A stretch of DNA of 64,000 nucleotides from Alphaproteobacteria bacterium (GCA_963555825.3 CAUVXB020000002.1:2080001-2144000); one strand, 5' to 3'. Counted from the stretch's first letter, positions 29,576 to 41,919 are shown. Notes: generated by a model from the letters alone, not told the origin. Translations and numbers: made by a program.

Positions 29576-30637
29576 GTGTCATCCGATTCCGTAACCACTA
29601 AGCCGATTCTCCGCGCTCTCGCCGGCGAGACGTTGACACCGCCGCCGATCTGGCTGATGCGTCAGGCGGGACGCTACCTGCCCGAGTACCGTCGTGTGCG
29701 CGAGCGGGCCGGCGGGTTCCTCGATCTATGTTACAACCCGGCGCTGGCCGCCGAGGTGACGCTACAGCCCATCACGCGCTTCGGCTTCGACGCCGCGATT
29801 CTGTTCTCCGATATCCTGATCGTGCCTCATGCGCTGGGCTGCGACGTGCGTTTCGACGAAGGCCATGGTCCCTGTCTCGAGCCTGTGCGCGGGACCGCCG
29901 ACATCGAGCGTTTGAGCGATGGTATTGGTGACCGCGCGGCGCCGATCTTCGAGACCGTGGCGCGGGTTGCCGATGTGCTGCCGGGCGGCACCGCGCTGAT
30001 CGGCTTCGCCGGTGCGCCCTGGACGGTGGCGACCTACATGGTCGAGGGCGGCACCAGCCGCGACTTCGCCGCGACCAAGCTGTGGGCATTCAGCGACCCG
30101 GACGGGTTTCAGCGGCTGATCGACAAGCTGGTCGCGGCGACGGCCGATTATCTGATTGCCCAGGTCGCGGCCGGCGCCGAGGTGCTGCAGTTATTCGACA
30201 GCTGGGCCGGCGCGTTGCCCGAGAGTGGCTTCGAGCGCTGGTGCATCGTGCCGACACGGGACCTCGTGACACGCCTCAAGGCGGCCTGCCCCGAGGTTCC
30301 GGTCATCGGGTTCCCACGCGGTGCCGGGCCAATGACGGCGCGTTATGCCGAGGCCACCGGGGTCGACGCCGTCAGCCTCGACAGCGCGGTGCCGGCGGCC
30401 TGGGCGGTCGACGCGCTGCAAGCGCGCTGGACGCTGCAGGGCAACCTGGATCCGCTCTACCTGGTCGCCGGCGGTCGCGCGATGACTGAGGCCGCCGCCA
30501 CGGTCCTCGATGCGCTGGGCCACGGGCCCATGATCTTCAACCTGGGCCACGGCGTGGTGCCGCAGACGCCGCCCGCCCATGTCGCGGCGCTGGTCGAGGC
30601 GGTGCGCGCCTGGCGGCCGGACGGGGCGACGCGCTGA
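29576..30637 (+). CDS. hemE: Uroporphyrinogen decarboxylase
   Basis: [26 protein letters not shown]. Confidence 0.97.
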   Translation: MSSDSVTTKPILRALAGETLTPPPIWLMRQAGRYLPEYRRVRERAGGFLDLCYNPALAAEVTLQPITRFGFDAAILFSDILIVPHALGCDVRFDEGHGPCLEPVRGTADIERLSDGIGDRAAPIFETVARVADVLPGGTALIGFAGAPWTVATYMVEGGTSRDFAATKLWAFSDPDGFQRLIDKLVAATADYLIAQVAAGAEVLQLFDSWAGALPESGFERWCIVPTRDLVTRLKAACPEVPVIGFPRGAGPMTARYAEATGVDAVSLDSAVPAAWAVDALQARWTLQGNLDPLYLVAGGRAMTEAAATVLDALGHGPMIFNLGHGVVPQTPPAHVAALVEAVRAWRPDGATR

Positions 30638-31707
30638 TGGCCGGCGAGCGCATCGCCGTCGTGCTGTTCAACTTGGGCGGCCCCGACTGCACCGAGGCAA
30701 TCCAGCCGTTCCTCTGCAACCTGTTCAACGACCCGGCGATCATCGGCGTGCCGCAGCCGTTGCGTTGGCTGCTGGCGACGCTGATCTCACACCGCCGCGC
30801 GCCGGTCGCCCAGGCGATTTACAGCCGGATCGGCGGCGCCTCGCCGCTGCTCGAAAACACCCGGGCGCAGGCCGCGGCGCTCACCGCGGCGCTCGACAAC
30901 GGCGACACCGGTTGGGCCGCACTGCGCGTCTTTACCGCGATGCGCTATTGGCATCCGATGAGCCCCGAGGCGGCCGCCGAGGTCAAGCTGTTCGAGCCCG
31001 ACGAAATCGTACTTCTGCCGCTCTACCCGCAGTTTTCGACGACCACGACGGCGTCCTCGATCGGCGCTTGGCGCGCCGCGGCGGCAGCCGAGGGCATCGA
31101 CGCGCCGACCCGCGTCCTGTGCTGCTACCCGACCGAGCCCGACTTCATCGCGGCCCACGCCGGACTGATCCGCCCGGCGCTCGACGAAGCGGCCGCGGAC
31201 GGCCGTCCGCGACTGCTGTTTTCGGCGCATGGCCTGCCCAAGAAAATTGTCGATCGCGGTGATCCCTACGTCTGGCAGGTCGGGCAGGGCGCCGCCGCGG
31301 TCGCAGCAGCGCTCGCCGACAGCCATGCCGATCTCGACTGGCGGGTCTGCTACCAGAGCCGTGTCGGTCCGCTCGAATGGATCGGCCCGTCGATCGAACA
31401 GGAATTGGCGCGCGCCGGGCGCGAGCGCGTGCCGGTCGTCGTGACGCCGATCGCCTTCGTCTCCGAACACTCCGAGACACTGGTCGAGCTCGACGTCGAG
31501 TATCGCGAGTTCGCCGAGCACAATAAGGTGCCGGGGTATCTGCGCGTCGCCGCGCTGGGCACCAACGCGGCCTTTATCGCCGCACTGGCGGCGCTCGTCC
31601 GGCGCGTCCTCGCGGGTGGCGCGGCGCTGTGCTCGCAGGACGGCGGCCGGTTGTGCCCGGCCGAAGCGGCGCGCTGCGCCTTCGCGATGGGGGAGGGCGG
31701 CCGATGA
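30637..31707 (+). CDS. hemH: Ferrochelatase
   Basis: NLGGP, LPLYPQFS, FSAHGLP, FVSEHSETL.ELD. Confidence 0.96.
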   Translation: MAGERIAVVLFNLGGPDCTEAIQPFLCNLFNDPAIIGVPQPLRWLLATLISHRRAPVAQAIYSRIGGASPLLENTRAQAAALTAALDNGDTGWAALRVFTAMRYWHPMSPEAAAEVKLFEPDEIVLLPLYPQFSTTTTASSIGAWRAAAAAEGIDAPTRVLCCYPTEPDFIAAHAGLIRPALDEAAADGRPRLLFSAHGLPKKIVDRGDPYVWQVGQGAAAVAAALADSHADLDWRVCYQSRVGPLEWIGPSIEQELARAGRERVPVVVTPIAFVSEHSETLVELDVEYREFAEHNKVPGYLRVAALGTNAAFIAALAALVRRVLAGGAALCSQDGGRLCPAEAARCAFAMGEGGR

Positions 31708-32141
31708 GCCAAGACATCTATCTGTGGCTCAAGGCGTTCCACATCATTGCGGTGATCGCGTGGCTGGCCGGGCTGCTCTACCTGCCCCGGCTGTTCGTCT
31801 ACCACTGCGATGCCGAGCCCGGTTCGAAGCGCTCGGAGATGCTCAAGGTGATGGAGCGTCGGCTGTTGCGCGCGATCATGACGCCGGCGATGATCGGCGC
31901 CTTCGTGTTCGGCGCCACGATGTTGATCGAGCCGCGTTTCGAGACGGCGGCGGGCTGGTTCCACGTCAAGCTCGCGTCGGTGCTCGTGCTCGCCGTACTG
32001 CACGGCCTGATGGCCCGCTGGCGCAAGGACTTCGCCGCCGACAAGAACACGCGGAGTCAGCGGTTCTACCGCATCGCCAATGAGGCGCCGGCGGTACTGA
32101 TGGTCGCGATCGTCATCCTGGTTGTTGTAAAACCGTTCTGA
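31704..32141 (+). CDS. hemJ: Protoporphyrinogen oxidase HemJ
   Basis: WLKAFHII..W.AGLLYLPRLFVYH, ANE.P, VVVKPF. Confidence 0.95.
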   Translation: MSQDIYLWLKAFHIIAVIAWLAGLLYLPRLFVYHCDAEPGSKRSEMLKVMERRLLRAIMTPAMIGAFVFGATMLIEPRFETAAGWFHVKLASVLVLAVLHGLMARWRKDFAADKNTRSQRFYRIANEAPAVLMVAIVILVVVKPF

Positions 32142-32371
32142 AGCCCCATTTATGTTTCGCAGACCCGGTGAATATTCCCGTTTGACTCCGCCGTGCGGTT
32201 GCCGCTAGTCTCGCGCAACATTTCTTGAAAACGGCGCAACCGTCTCTGCGTTGCGCACAATCCGAACAAAGTTCACATACGCCGCGAAGCTTCGCGGCGC
32301 CCCGCCCTGGCGAAGAAATCTTCGCAGCGCCGATCGAATCCTCATCCCGCCACATTTGCGACGAAAATCTC

Positions 32372-33628
32372 ATGAACCTTCAAGAGCTCAAGCTCAAATC
32401 CCCCGAGGACCTCCTGGCCTTTGCCGAGGGTCTCGACGTCGAGAACGCCAGCTCGCTGCGCAAGCAGGACCTGATGTTCACGATCCTGAAACGCCTGGCC
32501 GACAATGACACGGCGATCTTCGGTGACGGCGTACTCGAGATCCTGCAAGACGGCTTCGGCTTCCTACGCGCCCCCGAGGCCAACTACCTGGCGGGGCCCG
32601 ACGACATCTACGTCTCGCCGAGCCAGATCCGGCGCTTTTCGCTGCGCACCGGCGATACCGTCGAGGGCGAGATCCGGTCGCCGCGGGACGGCGAGCGCTA
32701 CTTCGCGTTGCTCAAGGTCAATACGGTCAATTTCGAGGACCCGGAAGCCGCGCGGCACCGCGTCAACTTCGATAACCTGACGCCGCTCTACCCCGAGGAG
32801 AAGCTCAACCTCGAAGTCATAGACCCGTCGTACAAGGACCTCTCGACCCGGGTCATCGAGTTGATCGCGCCGCTCGGCAAGGGCCAGCGCGCGCTGCTGG
32901 TGTCGCCGCCGCGCGCCGGCAAGACCATGCTGATGCAGGCCATCGCGCACGCCGTCGCGGCCAACCACCCCAACGTCTTTTTGATCGTGCTCTTGATCGA
33001 CGAGCGGCCCGAGGAAGTCACCGACATGCAGCGCTCGGTCAAGGGCGAGGTGGTCTCCTCGACCTTCGACGAGCCGGCGACGCGCCACGTCCAGGTCGCC
33101 GACATGGTGATCCAGAAGGCCAAGCGTCTGGTCGAGCACAAACGCGACGTGCTGATCCTGCTCGATTCGATCACCCGGCTCGCGCGCGCCTACAACACCG
33201 TCGTGCCGTCGTCGGGCAAGGTGCTGACCGGCGGCGTCGACGCCAACGCGCTGCAAAAGCCGAAGCGCTTCTTCGGCGCGGCGCGCAACATCGAGAACGG
33301 CGGCTCGCTGACGATCATCTCGACGGCGCTGATCGACACCGGTTCGCGCATGGACGAAGTCATCTTCGAGGAGTTCAAGGGCACCGGCAACTCCGAGATC
33401 ATCATGGACCGCAAGCTCGCCGACAAGCGCACCTTCCCGGCGCTCGACATCGTCAAGTCGGGCACGCGCAAGGAGGAGCTCTTGGTCGACAAGGGCACGC
33501 TCGCCAAGATGTGGGTGCTGCGCCGCATCCTCATGCCGATGGGTCCGGCCGACGCCATGGAGTTCCTGCTCGAAAAGCTCAAGGCGACCAAGAGCAACGA
33601 AGAGTTCTTCGAATCGATGAATACCTGA
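32372..33628 (+). CDS. rho: Transcription termination factor Rho
   Basis: [37 protein letters not shown]. Confidence 0.98.
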   Translation: MNLQELKLKSPEDLLAFAEGLDVENASSLRKQDLMFTILKRLADNDTAIFGDGVLEILQDGFGFLRAPEANYLAGPDDIYVSPSQIRRFSLRTGDTVEGEIRSPRDGERYFALLKVNTVNFEDPEAARHRVNFDNLTPLYPEEKLNLEVIDPSYKDLSTRVIELIAPLGKGQRALLVSPPRAGKTMLMQAIAHAVAANHPNVFLIVLLIDERPEEVTDMQRSVKGEVVSSTFDEPATRHVQVADMVIQKAKRLVEHKRDVLILLDSITRLARAYNTVVPSSGKVLTGGVDANALQKPKRFFGAARNIENGGSLTIISTALIDTGSRMDEVIFEEFKGTGNSEIIMDRKLADKRTFPALDIVKSGTRKEELLVDKGTLAKMWVLRRILMPMGPADAMEFLLEKLKATKSNEEFFESMNT

Positions 33629-33635
33629 TTCAATG

Positions 33636-33752
33636 TGCGGTCCCCTTTACGCGTCGCGTAAAAAGGACCTGCGCTCAATGGCCGCGCATGTCACTCTTTA
33701 TCCCACAAGGCCGTTCTTTATCCCACAAGAATTGGCCGAACGGTCGGCGGCC
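33636..33752 (+). repeat. Dispersed intergenic repeat, copy B
   Basis: Same two blocks at 33666-33688 and 33733-33752, with CTTTATCCCACAAG duplicated between them. Confidence 0.8.
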
Positions 33753-33770
33753 TGCGGTCGCAGGTTGAAA

Positions 33771-33894
33771 TTTAATATAAGCAGTATATGTTTTCAAGAC
33801 CGATGCCGCTGACTACCTTAAACGTAAGCAGTATACATTAATGATCGGTGCCGCAGACCCGCGGACAATGAAAAATATATACTGCTTACGTTAA
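33771..33894. repeat. Three AT-rich TAAGCAGTATA motifs (two direct, one inverted)
   Basis: 33778-33788, 33825-33835 and inverted 33878-33888. Confidence 0.8.
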
Positions 33895-33915
33895 TTGTTC
33901 GGCTGCGTCGCGAGC

Positions 33916-34887
33916 TTAGGGCAGCAGGACGGTGGCGCCCTTGGTCTTGCGGCCTTCGAGGTCGCAGTGGGCTTGGGCGGTCTCGGCCAGCGGGTAGCGC
34001 TGGCCGATGTGGACCTTGACCGTACCGGCGCGGATCATCTCGAAGACACACGCCGAGCCGGCCAGCAGCGCATCGCGCGTCACGGTGTAGTCGCCAAGCG
34101 TCGGCCGTGTCAGGTAGAGCGAGCCGTGCTGCGCGAGCAGGCCCGGCCTGAACGGTTCGACCTCGCCAGACGACTGGCCGAAGCTGACCAGCATGCCGCG
34201 CCGGCGCAAGGACGCCAGGCTGGCCCGAAAACTATCGCGGCCGACCGAATCGAAGACCACCGGAACGCCTTCGCCGCCGGTCTCGGCGCGCACCCGCGCG
34301 GCGACGTCGTCGCGCGGCACGACCAGGGCGATGTCGCAGCCGTGGGCGCGCGCCAGTGCCGCTTTCGCGTCGCTGCTTACCGTGCCGATGACACGGGCGC
34401 CGAGCGCCTTGGCCCATTGGCAGGCGATCAGCCCGACGCCGCCGGCCGCGGCATGGAACAAGATGGTGTCGCCGGCGGCGACCGGATAGCAGGCCTCGAG
34501 CAGCGCCTGGACGGTCAGCGCCTTGCTCAGCACCGCGGCGGCGGTTTGTGCCTCGATGTCGTCGGGCAGGGGCACCAGGCGGTCGGCCGCTACGACGACC
34601 GCCTCGGCATAGGCGCCGGGCGCCTCGGGACAGGCGACCCGGTCGCCGGTCGCGACCTGGTCGACGCCGTCGCCGACCGCCTCGACGGTGCCGGCCGATT
34701 CATAGCCCAGCGTCGCCGGCAGATCGATCGGATAGAGCCCGGTGCGCTGATAGGTGTCGAAGAAGTTGAGGCCGACCGCCTCGTTGCGCACCAGGACCTC
34801 GCCCGGCCCCGGCGCGGCGAGCGGCATGTCCTCGACCGCGAGCACCTCTGGGCCGCCGTGGGCGTGGACGCGGATGGTCGTAACCAT
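33916..34887 (-). CDS. qor: NADPH:quinone oxidoreductase (zeta-crystallin-like)
   Basis: AVGLNF.D, HAAAGGVG, GSLYLTRP. Confidence 0.9.
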   Translation of the reverse strand: MVTTIRVHAHGGPEVLAVEDMPLAAPGPGEVLVRNEAVGLNFFDTYQRTGLYPIDLPATLGYESAGTVEAVGDGVDQVATGDRVACPEAPGAYAEAVVVAADRLVPLPDDIEAQTAAAVLSKALTVQALLEACYPVAAGDTILFHAAAGGVGLIACQWAKALGARVIGTVSSDAKAALARAHGCDIALVVPRDDVAARVRAETGGEGVPVVFDSVGRDSFRASLASLRRRGMLVSFGQSSGEVEPFRPGLLAQHGSLYLTRPTLGDYTVTRDALLAGSACVFEMIRAGTVKVHIGQRYPLAETAQAHCDLEGRKTKGATVLLP

Positions 34888-34901
34888 GACCGGGCGCTCG
34901 C

Positions 34902-35879
34902 TTAGGGCAGCAGGACCGTCGAGCCGGTCGTCTTGCGCGCCTCGAGGTCGCGGTGCGCCTGGGCCGCCTCGGCGAGCGGGTAGGTCTGGTTGATCTCGAT
35001 CTTGACCGCGCCCGAGCCGACGACGTCAAACAACGCCCGGGCGCTGGCCACCAATTCGTCGCGCGTGGCGTTGTAAACCATCAACGACGGCCGCGTGACG
35101 TAGAGGCAACCCTTGGCCGCCAGCACCTGCAAATCGAGCGGCGGCACCGGCCCCGACGCGGCGCCGAACAACGCCATCAGCCCGCGCGGCGCCAGACACT
35201 CGAGCGAGCGGTCGAAGGTGTCCGCACCGATCGAATCGTAGACCACGGGCACGCCGGCGCCGCCGGTGATCTCCTTGACGCGGGCGACGAAGTCCTCGTC
35301 GCGCGTGACGATCGGGTGGTCGCAGCCGTGCGCGGCGGCGAGCGCCGCCTTCTCGGGCGTGCCGACGGTGCCGATCACCGTGGCGCCGAGCGCCTTGGCC
35401 CATTGGCAGGCGATCGTCCCGACGCCGCCCGCCGCGGCGTGGAACAGGATGGTGTCGCCGGGCTTGACCGCATAGGTGCGGCGCAGCAGGTACTCGGCGG
35501 TCATGCCCTTGAGCATCATCGCTGCGGCGCTGCGGTCTTCGATGCCGTCGGGCAGCTTGACCACCTTATCGGCCGCGATGACGCGCTCCTCGGCATAGGC
35601 GCCGAGCGGCGGCGTCGCATAGGCGACCCGGTCGCCCTCGGCGATATCGTCGACGTCCGGGCCGATCGCCTCGACGACGCCCGCGGCCTCGAGCCCAAGT
35701 GTGACCGGCAGGTCGGGCAGGGGGTAGAGGCCGGAACGATGGTAGACGTCGATGAAGTTGAGACCGACGGCGGCGTGGCGGACGCGGATCTCGCAATCGC
35801 CCGGCGCGCCGAGTGCGACGTCCTCCCAGACCATCTCGTCCGCGCCGCCCTGGCGGTGGATGCGAATCGCCTTGACCAT
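34902..35879 (-). CDS. qor: NADPH:quinone oxidoreductase, second paralog
   Basis: GLNFIDVYHRSG, HAAAGGVG, AHRDLEARKTTGS. Confidence 0.92.
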   Translation of the reverse strand: MVKAIRIHRQGGADEMVWEDVALGAPGDCEIRVRHAAVGLNFIDVYHRSGLYPLPDLPVTLGLEAAGVVEAIGPDVDDIAEGDRVAYATPPLGAYAEERVIAADKVVKLPDGIEDRSAAAMMLKGMTAEYLLRRTYAVKPGDTILFHAAAGGVGTIACQWAKALGATVIGTVGTPEKAALAAAHGCDHPIVTRDEDFVARVKEITGGAGVPVVYDSIGADTFDRSLECLAPRGLMALFGAASGPVPPLDLQVLAAKGCLYVTRPSLMVYNATRDELVASARALFDVVGSGAVKIEINQTYPLAEAAQAHRDLEARKTTGSTVLLP

Positions 35880-35893
35880 GATCGTGTGTCTCC

Positions 35894-36595
35894 TCAGCCG
35901 ATATGCTCTTCGAAGAAATCCGAGGTGCGCTGGTTGGCCATATCGGCCGCCGCCTCGTCGTAGTGCTCGCCGCCGATGCGCGCGAAGGCGTGGTCGCAAC
36001 CCGGGTAGCTGTGCAGCGTGACCAGCGCGTTGCCGCCCAGCGCGTCCGCGATCGCGGCCTGCGCCTCCTTGGGCACGAAGCCGTCCTCTTCGGCGATGTG
36101 CAGCATCAGCGGCTTCGCGATGTAGTCGGCCTCGTCGGTCTCACCCTCGATGCCGACGCCGTAGTAGCCGACCGAGGCGTCGACGCCGGAGCGCGCCGCC
36201 ATCAAATAGGCGAGCTTGCCGCCCAGGCAGTAGCCGACGCAGCCGACTTGACCCGAGCAGCCCTCGGCGGTGCGCAGATGGTCGAGCGCGACCTTGGCGT
36301 CCTCGATGCCCTGGTCGACGTCGAAGCCCTGGAACAGCTCGAAGGCGCGCGCCCATTCCTCCTCGGTCCGGTCGGTGATCTGGATGCCTGGTTCCTGGCG
36401 CCAGAAGAGGTCGGGCACGATGGCGAAATAACCCTTGAGCGCCAGGATGTCGGCGATGTCGCGCATGACGTGGTTGACGCCGAAGATCTCCTGCAGGACG
36501 ACGATGCCGGGGCCGCTCCCTGAGTCGGGCTTGGAGAGATAGGCCGTGAAGCTGCCGCCGTCGGCGGCGGTCAGGCCGATGTCGGTTCCGCTCAT
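35894..36595 (-). CDS. Dienelactone hydrolase family protein
   Basis: QEIFGVN, GYCLGG, HAF. Confidence 0.93.
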   Translation of the reverse strand: MSGTDIGLTAADGGSFTAYLSKPDSGSGPGIVVLQEIFGVNHVMRDIADILALKGYFAIVPDLFWRQEPGIQITDRTEEEWARAFELFQGFDVDQGIEDAKVALDHLRTAEGCSGQVGCVGYCLGGKLAYLMAARSGVDASVGYYGVGIEGETDEADYIAKPLMLHIAEEDGFVPKEAQAAIADALGGNALVTLHSYPGCDHAFARIGGEHYDEAAADMANQRTSDFFEEHIG

Positions 36596-36661
36596 GATGT
36601 CGTCCTCCCTTGGGTCGTTTCGGGCACTCTAGCCCGTTGCCAGGGCCGAGTCACGACGGCC

Positions 36662-38686
<2,025 letters not shown>

Positions 38687-39108
38687 GGCGCGGCGATCCG
38701 GTGTTTGGCGTTGCGGTCGGGCGTTGCGGTCGGGCGTTGTCGTCGGACCGCGCTTGACCGAGCCCGGAATTCTCGCCATGGACAGGTGCGGCACGGCGGA
38801 TATCGGATGACAGGCTAGGAAAAGCGCGCGGGCCACGATGCTGTCGCATCGGGCAAGCGCTTTGACGCCGCCTGTCGTCCGATATCCGCCGCCCTCCGGG
38901 TCGCGCCGGGCGGGCCGCCCGCGGCGTCGAAGGCCTTGCGCGTAGCCCAGGCTACGCTCGGCGGCCTTCTCCTGGCGGATCGGACCCCGCCCGGCACGAT
39001 GACGCGCCTGTCCATGGCGAGAAATCCGGGCTAGGTTCGTCAAGTAATGTATGCGGCCCAGCCCGGCAAGGGTGTCGGCGTCAGGCGGCGGCGAGGGAAG
39101 GGATCGAA

Positions 39109-39345
39109 ATGAAAGTCAATATCAAGATCGACTGCTCACCCGAGGAGGCGCGCAGCTTTTTCGGGCTGCCCGACGTCGGCCCGTTGCAGGCGCGGTTCGT
39201 CGAGGAGATGCACGCGCGCATGGGCGAGGCGATGGCGGGCATGGACCCGGAGGCGCTGGTCAAGAACTGGATGGAACAGGGCATGACGGGCTTCGAGCAA
39301 TGGCAGAAGGCATGGCTCGACGCCGGCGGCAAGGGCAAGACATGA
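39109..39345 (+). CDS. Small conserved alphaproteobacterial protein (DUF6489-like)
   Basis: [24 protein letters not shown]-terminus. Confidence 0.8.
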   Translation: MKVNIKIDCSPEEARSFFGLPDVGPLQARFVEEMHARMGEAMAGMDPEALVKNWMEQGMTGFEQWQKAWLDAGGKGKT

Positions 39346-39698
39346 GCGGTCATCCGGCCGACCCGGCGCCGTTCTACTCGACCCATGTCTTCTGCTGCAT
39401 CAACGAGCGGCCCGACATCCATCCGCGCGGCTGCTGCAGCGCCAAGGGTTCGGTCAAGCTGCGCGACTACATGAAGCGCCGGGCGCGCGACCTCGGCATC
39501 GAGGGCGTCCGCATCAACAACTCGGGCTGCCTCGATCGCTGCGAGCTCGGCCCGTCGATGGTGATCTACCCGGAGGGCGTCTGGTATTGCTACGCCAACC
39601 AGGACGATGTCGACGAGATCCTGCAGACCCACCTGATCGACGGCGGCCGCGTCGAGCGCCTGATGATGCAGCCCGACGATACCGAGCCGCGCCGCTGA
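39342..39698 (+). CDS. Thioredoxin-like (2Fe-2S) ferredoxin
   Basis: HVFCC.N.R, GCC, SGCLDRCELGP..VIYPEGVWY. Confidence 0.9.
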   Translation: MSGHPADPAPFYSTHVFCCINERPDIHPRGCCSAKGSVKLRDYMKRRARDLGIEGVRINNSGCLDRCELGPSMVIYPEGVWYCYANQDDVDEILQTHLIDGGRVERLMMQPDDTEPRR

Positions 39699-39708
39699 CG
39701 CAGAGCCG

Positions 39709-41031
39709 ATGACGATCTTCGCCACGGCGACGGCGGCCGGCCGCGCCGGTCTCGCCGTGGTCCGGGTGTCCGGGCCCGGGGCGGCGGACGCGCTCGCCGC
39801 GCTGGCCGGCGAGACGCCGCCGCCGCGCCGCGCCGTGCGCCGCCGGCTCCGCCATCCGGTGAGCGGCGACGCACTCGACGACGCGTTGGTGCTGTGGTTC
39901 CGAGGCCCGGCGAGCTTCACCGGCGAGGACGTCGCCGAATTTCACCTGCATGGCGGCCGGGCGGTGGCCGCCGCGGTGCTCGATGCGCTCGCCACACTGC
40001 CCGGCTTGCGCCCGGCCGAGGCCGGTGAGTTCACCCGACGCGCCTTCGACAACGGCAAGCTGGATCTGACGGCCGTCGAGGGCCTCGCCGACCTGGTCGC
40101 CGCCGAGACCGAGGCGCAGCGGCGCCAGGCGCTGCGTCAGCTCGACGGCGAACTGGGCCGGCTCTACGACGGCTGGCGCGCCCGGCTGCTCGGCGCGCTG
40201 GCCCATGTCGAGGCCGCTATCGACTTCCCCGACGAAGACTTGCCGCCATCGATCGCCGACGAAGTAAAACACAATATGTTGTGTATTTTGGACAGTCTAA
40301 CACAACACCTAGATGACACACGTCGAGGCGAACGCCTCCGCGACGGCGTCTTCGTCGCCATCCTCGGCGCTCCCAACGTCGGCAAGTCGAGCCTCCTGAA
40401 CCGTCTCGCGCGGCGCGACGCGGCGATCGTCGCGCACGAGAGCGGCACGACGCGCGACGTCATCGAGGTCCAGATGGACCTCGGCGGTTATCCGGCGACG
40501 CTGGCCGACACGGCCGGCCTGCGCGACACCGCCGACGCGGTCGAGAGCGAGGGCGTGCGCCGGGCGCTGGCGCGCGCGGCCGACGCCGACCTCAAGCTCG
40601 CCGTGATCGACGCCGCCGCCTGGCCCGCCATCGACGCGCGCACCCGCGCGCTGATCGACGACGACACGTTGGTCGTCGTCAACAAGACCGACCTCGTCGC
40701 CGTGGGCGCCGACGCGACGCTCGACGGCCGGCCGCCGTGGCCGATCTCGTGCCTCACCGGCGACGGCGTCGAGGCGCTGATGGCCGGCCTCGCGGCGGCG
40801 ATCGAGGCGCGCTATGCGCCCGGCGCGGCGCCCGCGCTGACCCGGGTGCGCCACCGCGCCGCGCTCGAGGACTGCGCCGCCGCGCTGGCGCGCTGCCGCG
40901 CCGCGCCGGCGCCCGAGCTCGCCGCCGAGGACCTGCGCCTCGCGGTGCGCGCGCTCGGCCGCATCACCGGCCGCGTCGACGTCGAAGACCTCCTCGACGT
41001 GATCTTCGCCGAGTTCTGCATCGGCAAGTGA
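39709..41031 (+). CDS. mnmE: tRNA modification GTPase MnmE (TrmE)
   Basis: SFTGED, GAPNVGKSS, GTTRD, DTAG, FCIGK*. Confidence 0.97.
   Translation: MTIFATATAAGRAGLAVVRVSGPGAADALAALAGETPPPRRAVRRRLRHPVSGDALDDALVLWFRGPASFTGEDVAEFHLHGGRAVAAAVLDALATLPGLRPAEAGEFTRRAFDNGKLDLTAVEGLADLVAAETEAQRRQALRQLDGELGRLYDGWRARLLGALAHVEAAIDFPDEDLPPSIADEVKHNMLCILDSLTQHLDDTRRGERLRDGVFVAILGAPNVGKSSLLNRLARRDAAIVAHESGTTRDVIEVQMDLGGYPATLADTAGLRDTADAVESEGVRRALARAADADLKLAVIDAAAWPAIDARTRALIDDDTLVVVNKTDLVAVGADATLDGRPPWPISCLTGDGVEALMAGLAAAIEARYAPGAAPALTRVRHRAALEDCAAALARCRAAPAPELAAEDLRLAVRALGRITGRVDVEDLLDVIFAEFCIGK
40269..40315. promoter_or_regulatory. Tandem NrdR-box-like sites inside mnmE
   Basis: ACACAATATGTTGTGT (40269-40284) and a weaker ACACAACACCTAGATG 31 bp later, in an AT-rich patch of a very GC-rich gene. 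Confidence 0.6.
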
Positions 41032-41047
41032 CGTTTCACGTGAATCT
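41032..41047. promoter_or_regulatory. parS site (imperfect)
   Basis: cGTTTCACGTGAAtct. Confidence 0.7.
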
Positions 41048-41132
41048 TGGCCTCTGGCGGCGGCGCTGAAAGATACCGGCGGGAATGTGTGAACGGGAGA
41101 GTCAGCCGGTCTGTGCGGCCGGGAAGGACACT

Positions 41133-41735
41133 TCAGGCCGGTATGGCGCGCATTGCCTCGGCATGACGGCGTTGCTTGGTCAGTTCGCGGTCGATCCAGT
41201 TGAAAAGGCGCGGCAGGAAGATGGTCTCGGTAATCACGTCGGAGATGAGGTCGTGCGGGTTGTAGGATTTCTCGGCACCCGCCTGCATGAGCGACACCGC
41301 CTCCTTGCGGACGTAGTAGGCCGTCTTCTCCTGCCTGTCGGCGCGATAGACGATGACGGCGCGGCCGTTGCTGTTGGTGTAGACTTCGCTGTCGGAAACC
41401 CGGACTTCCACGAGGGAGTCCAAGGCGTGGGCATCGATGAAGAGTGCCTGGATCGCCTGCCCGAAGCTGTCAGCGCTTGCGAAGGAAGCGCCAGTGCCGC
41501 CGACCGGGCGAAGCCCTTTGAGGAATTTGGCGGTCAGGCCGGCGTAGCCCGGCCGAGCCGCGACGATCGACAGGATGCCGGAGACGATCTCGTCCGGCGA
41601 GAGGTCATCGGCATTCTTGCCCCGGCTCTTCGGCAGAAGGCCGAAATCCCGGAGCTTCTGAAACCGTTGTACCATCTCGGCCTCGCTGCGCTTCGCGGCG
41701 CCGCCAACTAGTCCCTCTAAACGCTTTGCAATCAT
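41133..41735 (-). CDS. Hypothetical protein on the islet (possible N-terminal HTH)
   Basis: 200-aa ORF from ATG 41735 (MIAKRLEGLV..RFQKLRDFGLLPKSRG); family not recognised. Confidence 0.65.
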   Translation of the reverse strand: MIAKRLEGLVGGAAKRSEAEMVQRFQKLRDFGLLPKSRGKNADDLSPDEIVSGILSIVAARPGYAGLTAKFLKGLRPVGGTGASFASADSFGQAIQALFIDAHALDSLVEVRVSDSEVYTNSNGRAVIVYRADRQEKTAYYVRKEAVSLMQAGAEKSYNPHDLISDVITETIFLPRLFNWIDRELTKQRRHAEAMRAIPA

Positions 41736-41903
41736 CGGGTGTTCCACTGATCGATTGGGCTGACAATACCAATATAGTTTTTGAATTGGAAAGTTCAAGT
41801 GGAAAAATGAATTCGTGGTGTGCATCGCCTCGGCGCACTTTTTCAAGGCGGAGTCGAGGACCTCTTGGACGTCATCTTCGCCGAGTTCTGCATCGGCAAG
41901 TAA

Positions 41904-41919
41904 CGTTTCACGTGAAACG
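41904..41919. promoter_or_regulatory. parS site
   Basis: Perfect palindrome CGTTTCACGTGAAACG upstream of mnmG. Confidence 0.93.

Larger units (their letters stand above)
40981..41916. mobile_element. Genomic islet remnant integrated at the mnmE 3' end
   Basis: ~64-bp imperfect direct repeat at 40981-41044 and 41853-41916 (mnmE 3' end plus parS); lower-GC patch inside; no integrase. Confidence 0.85.

Noticed and set aside
33697-33729. TTATCCCACA x2 as DnaA boxes or a second origin
   Set aside because: Extra base relative to the consensus, and they lie in the variable part of the dispersed repeat
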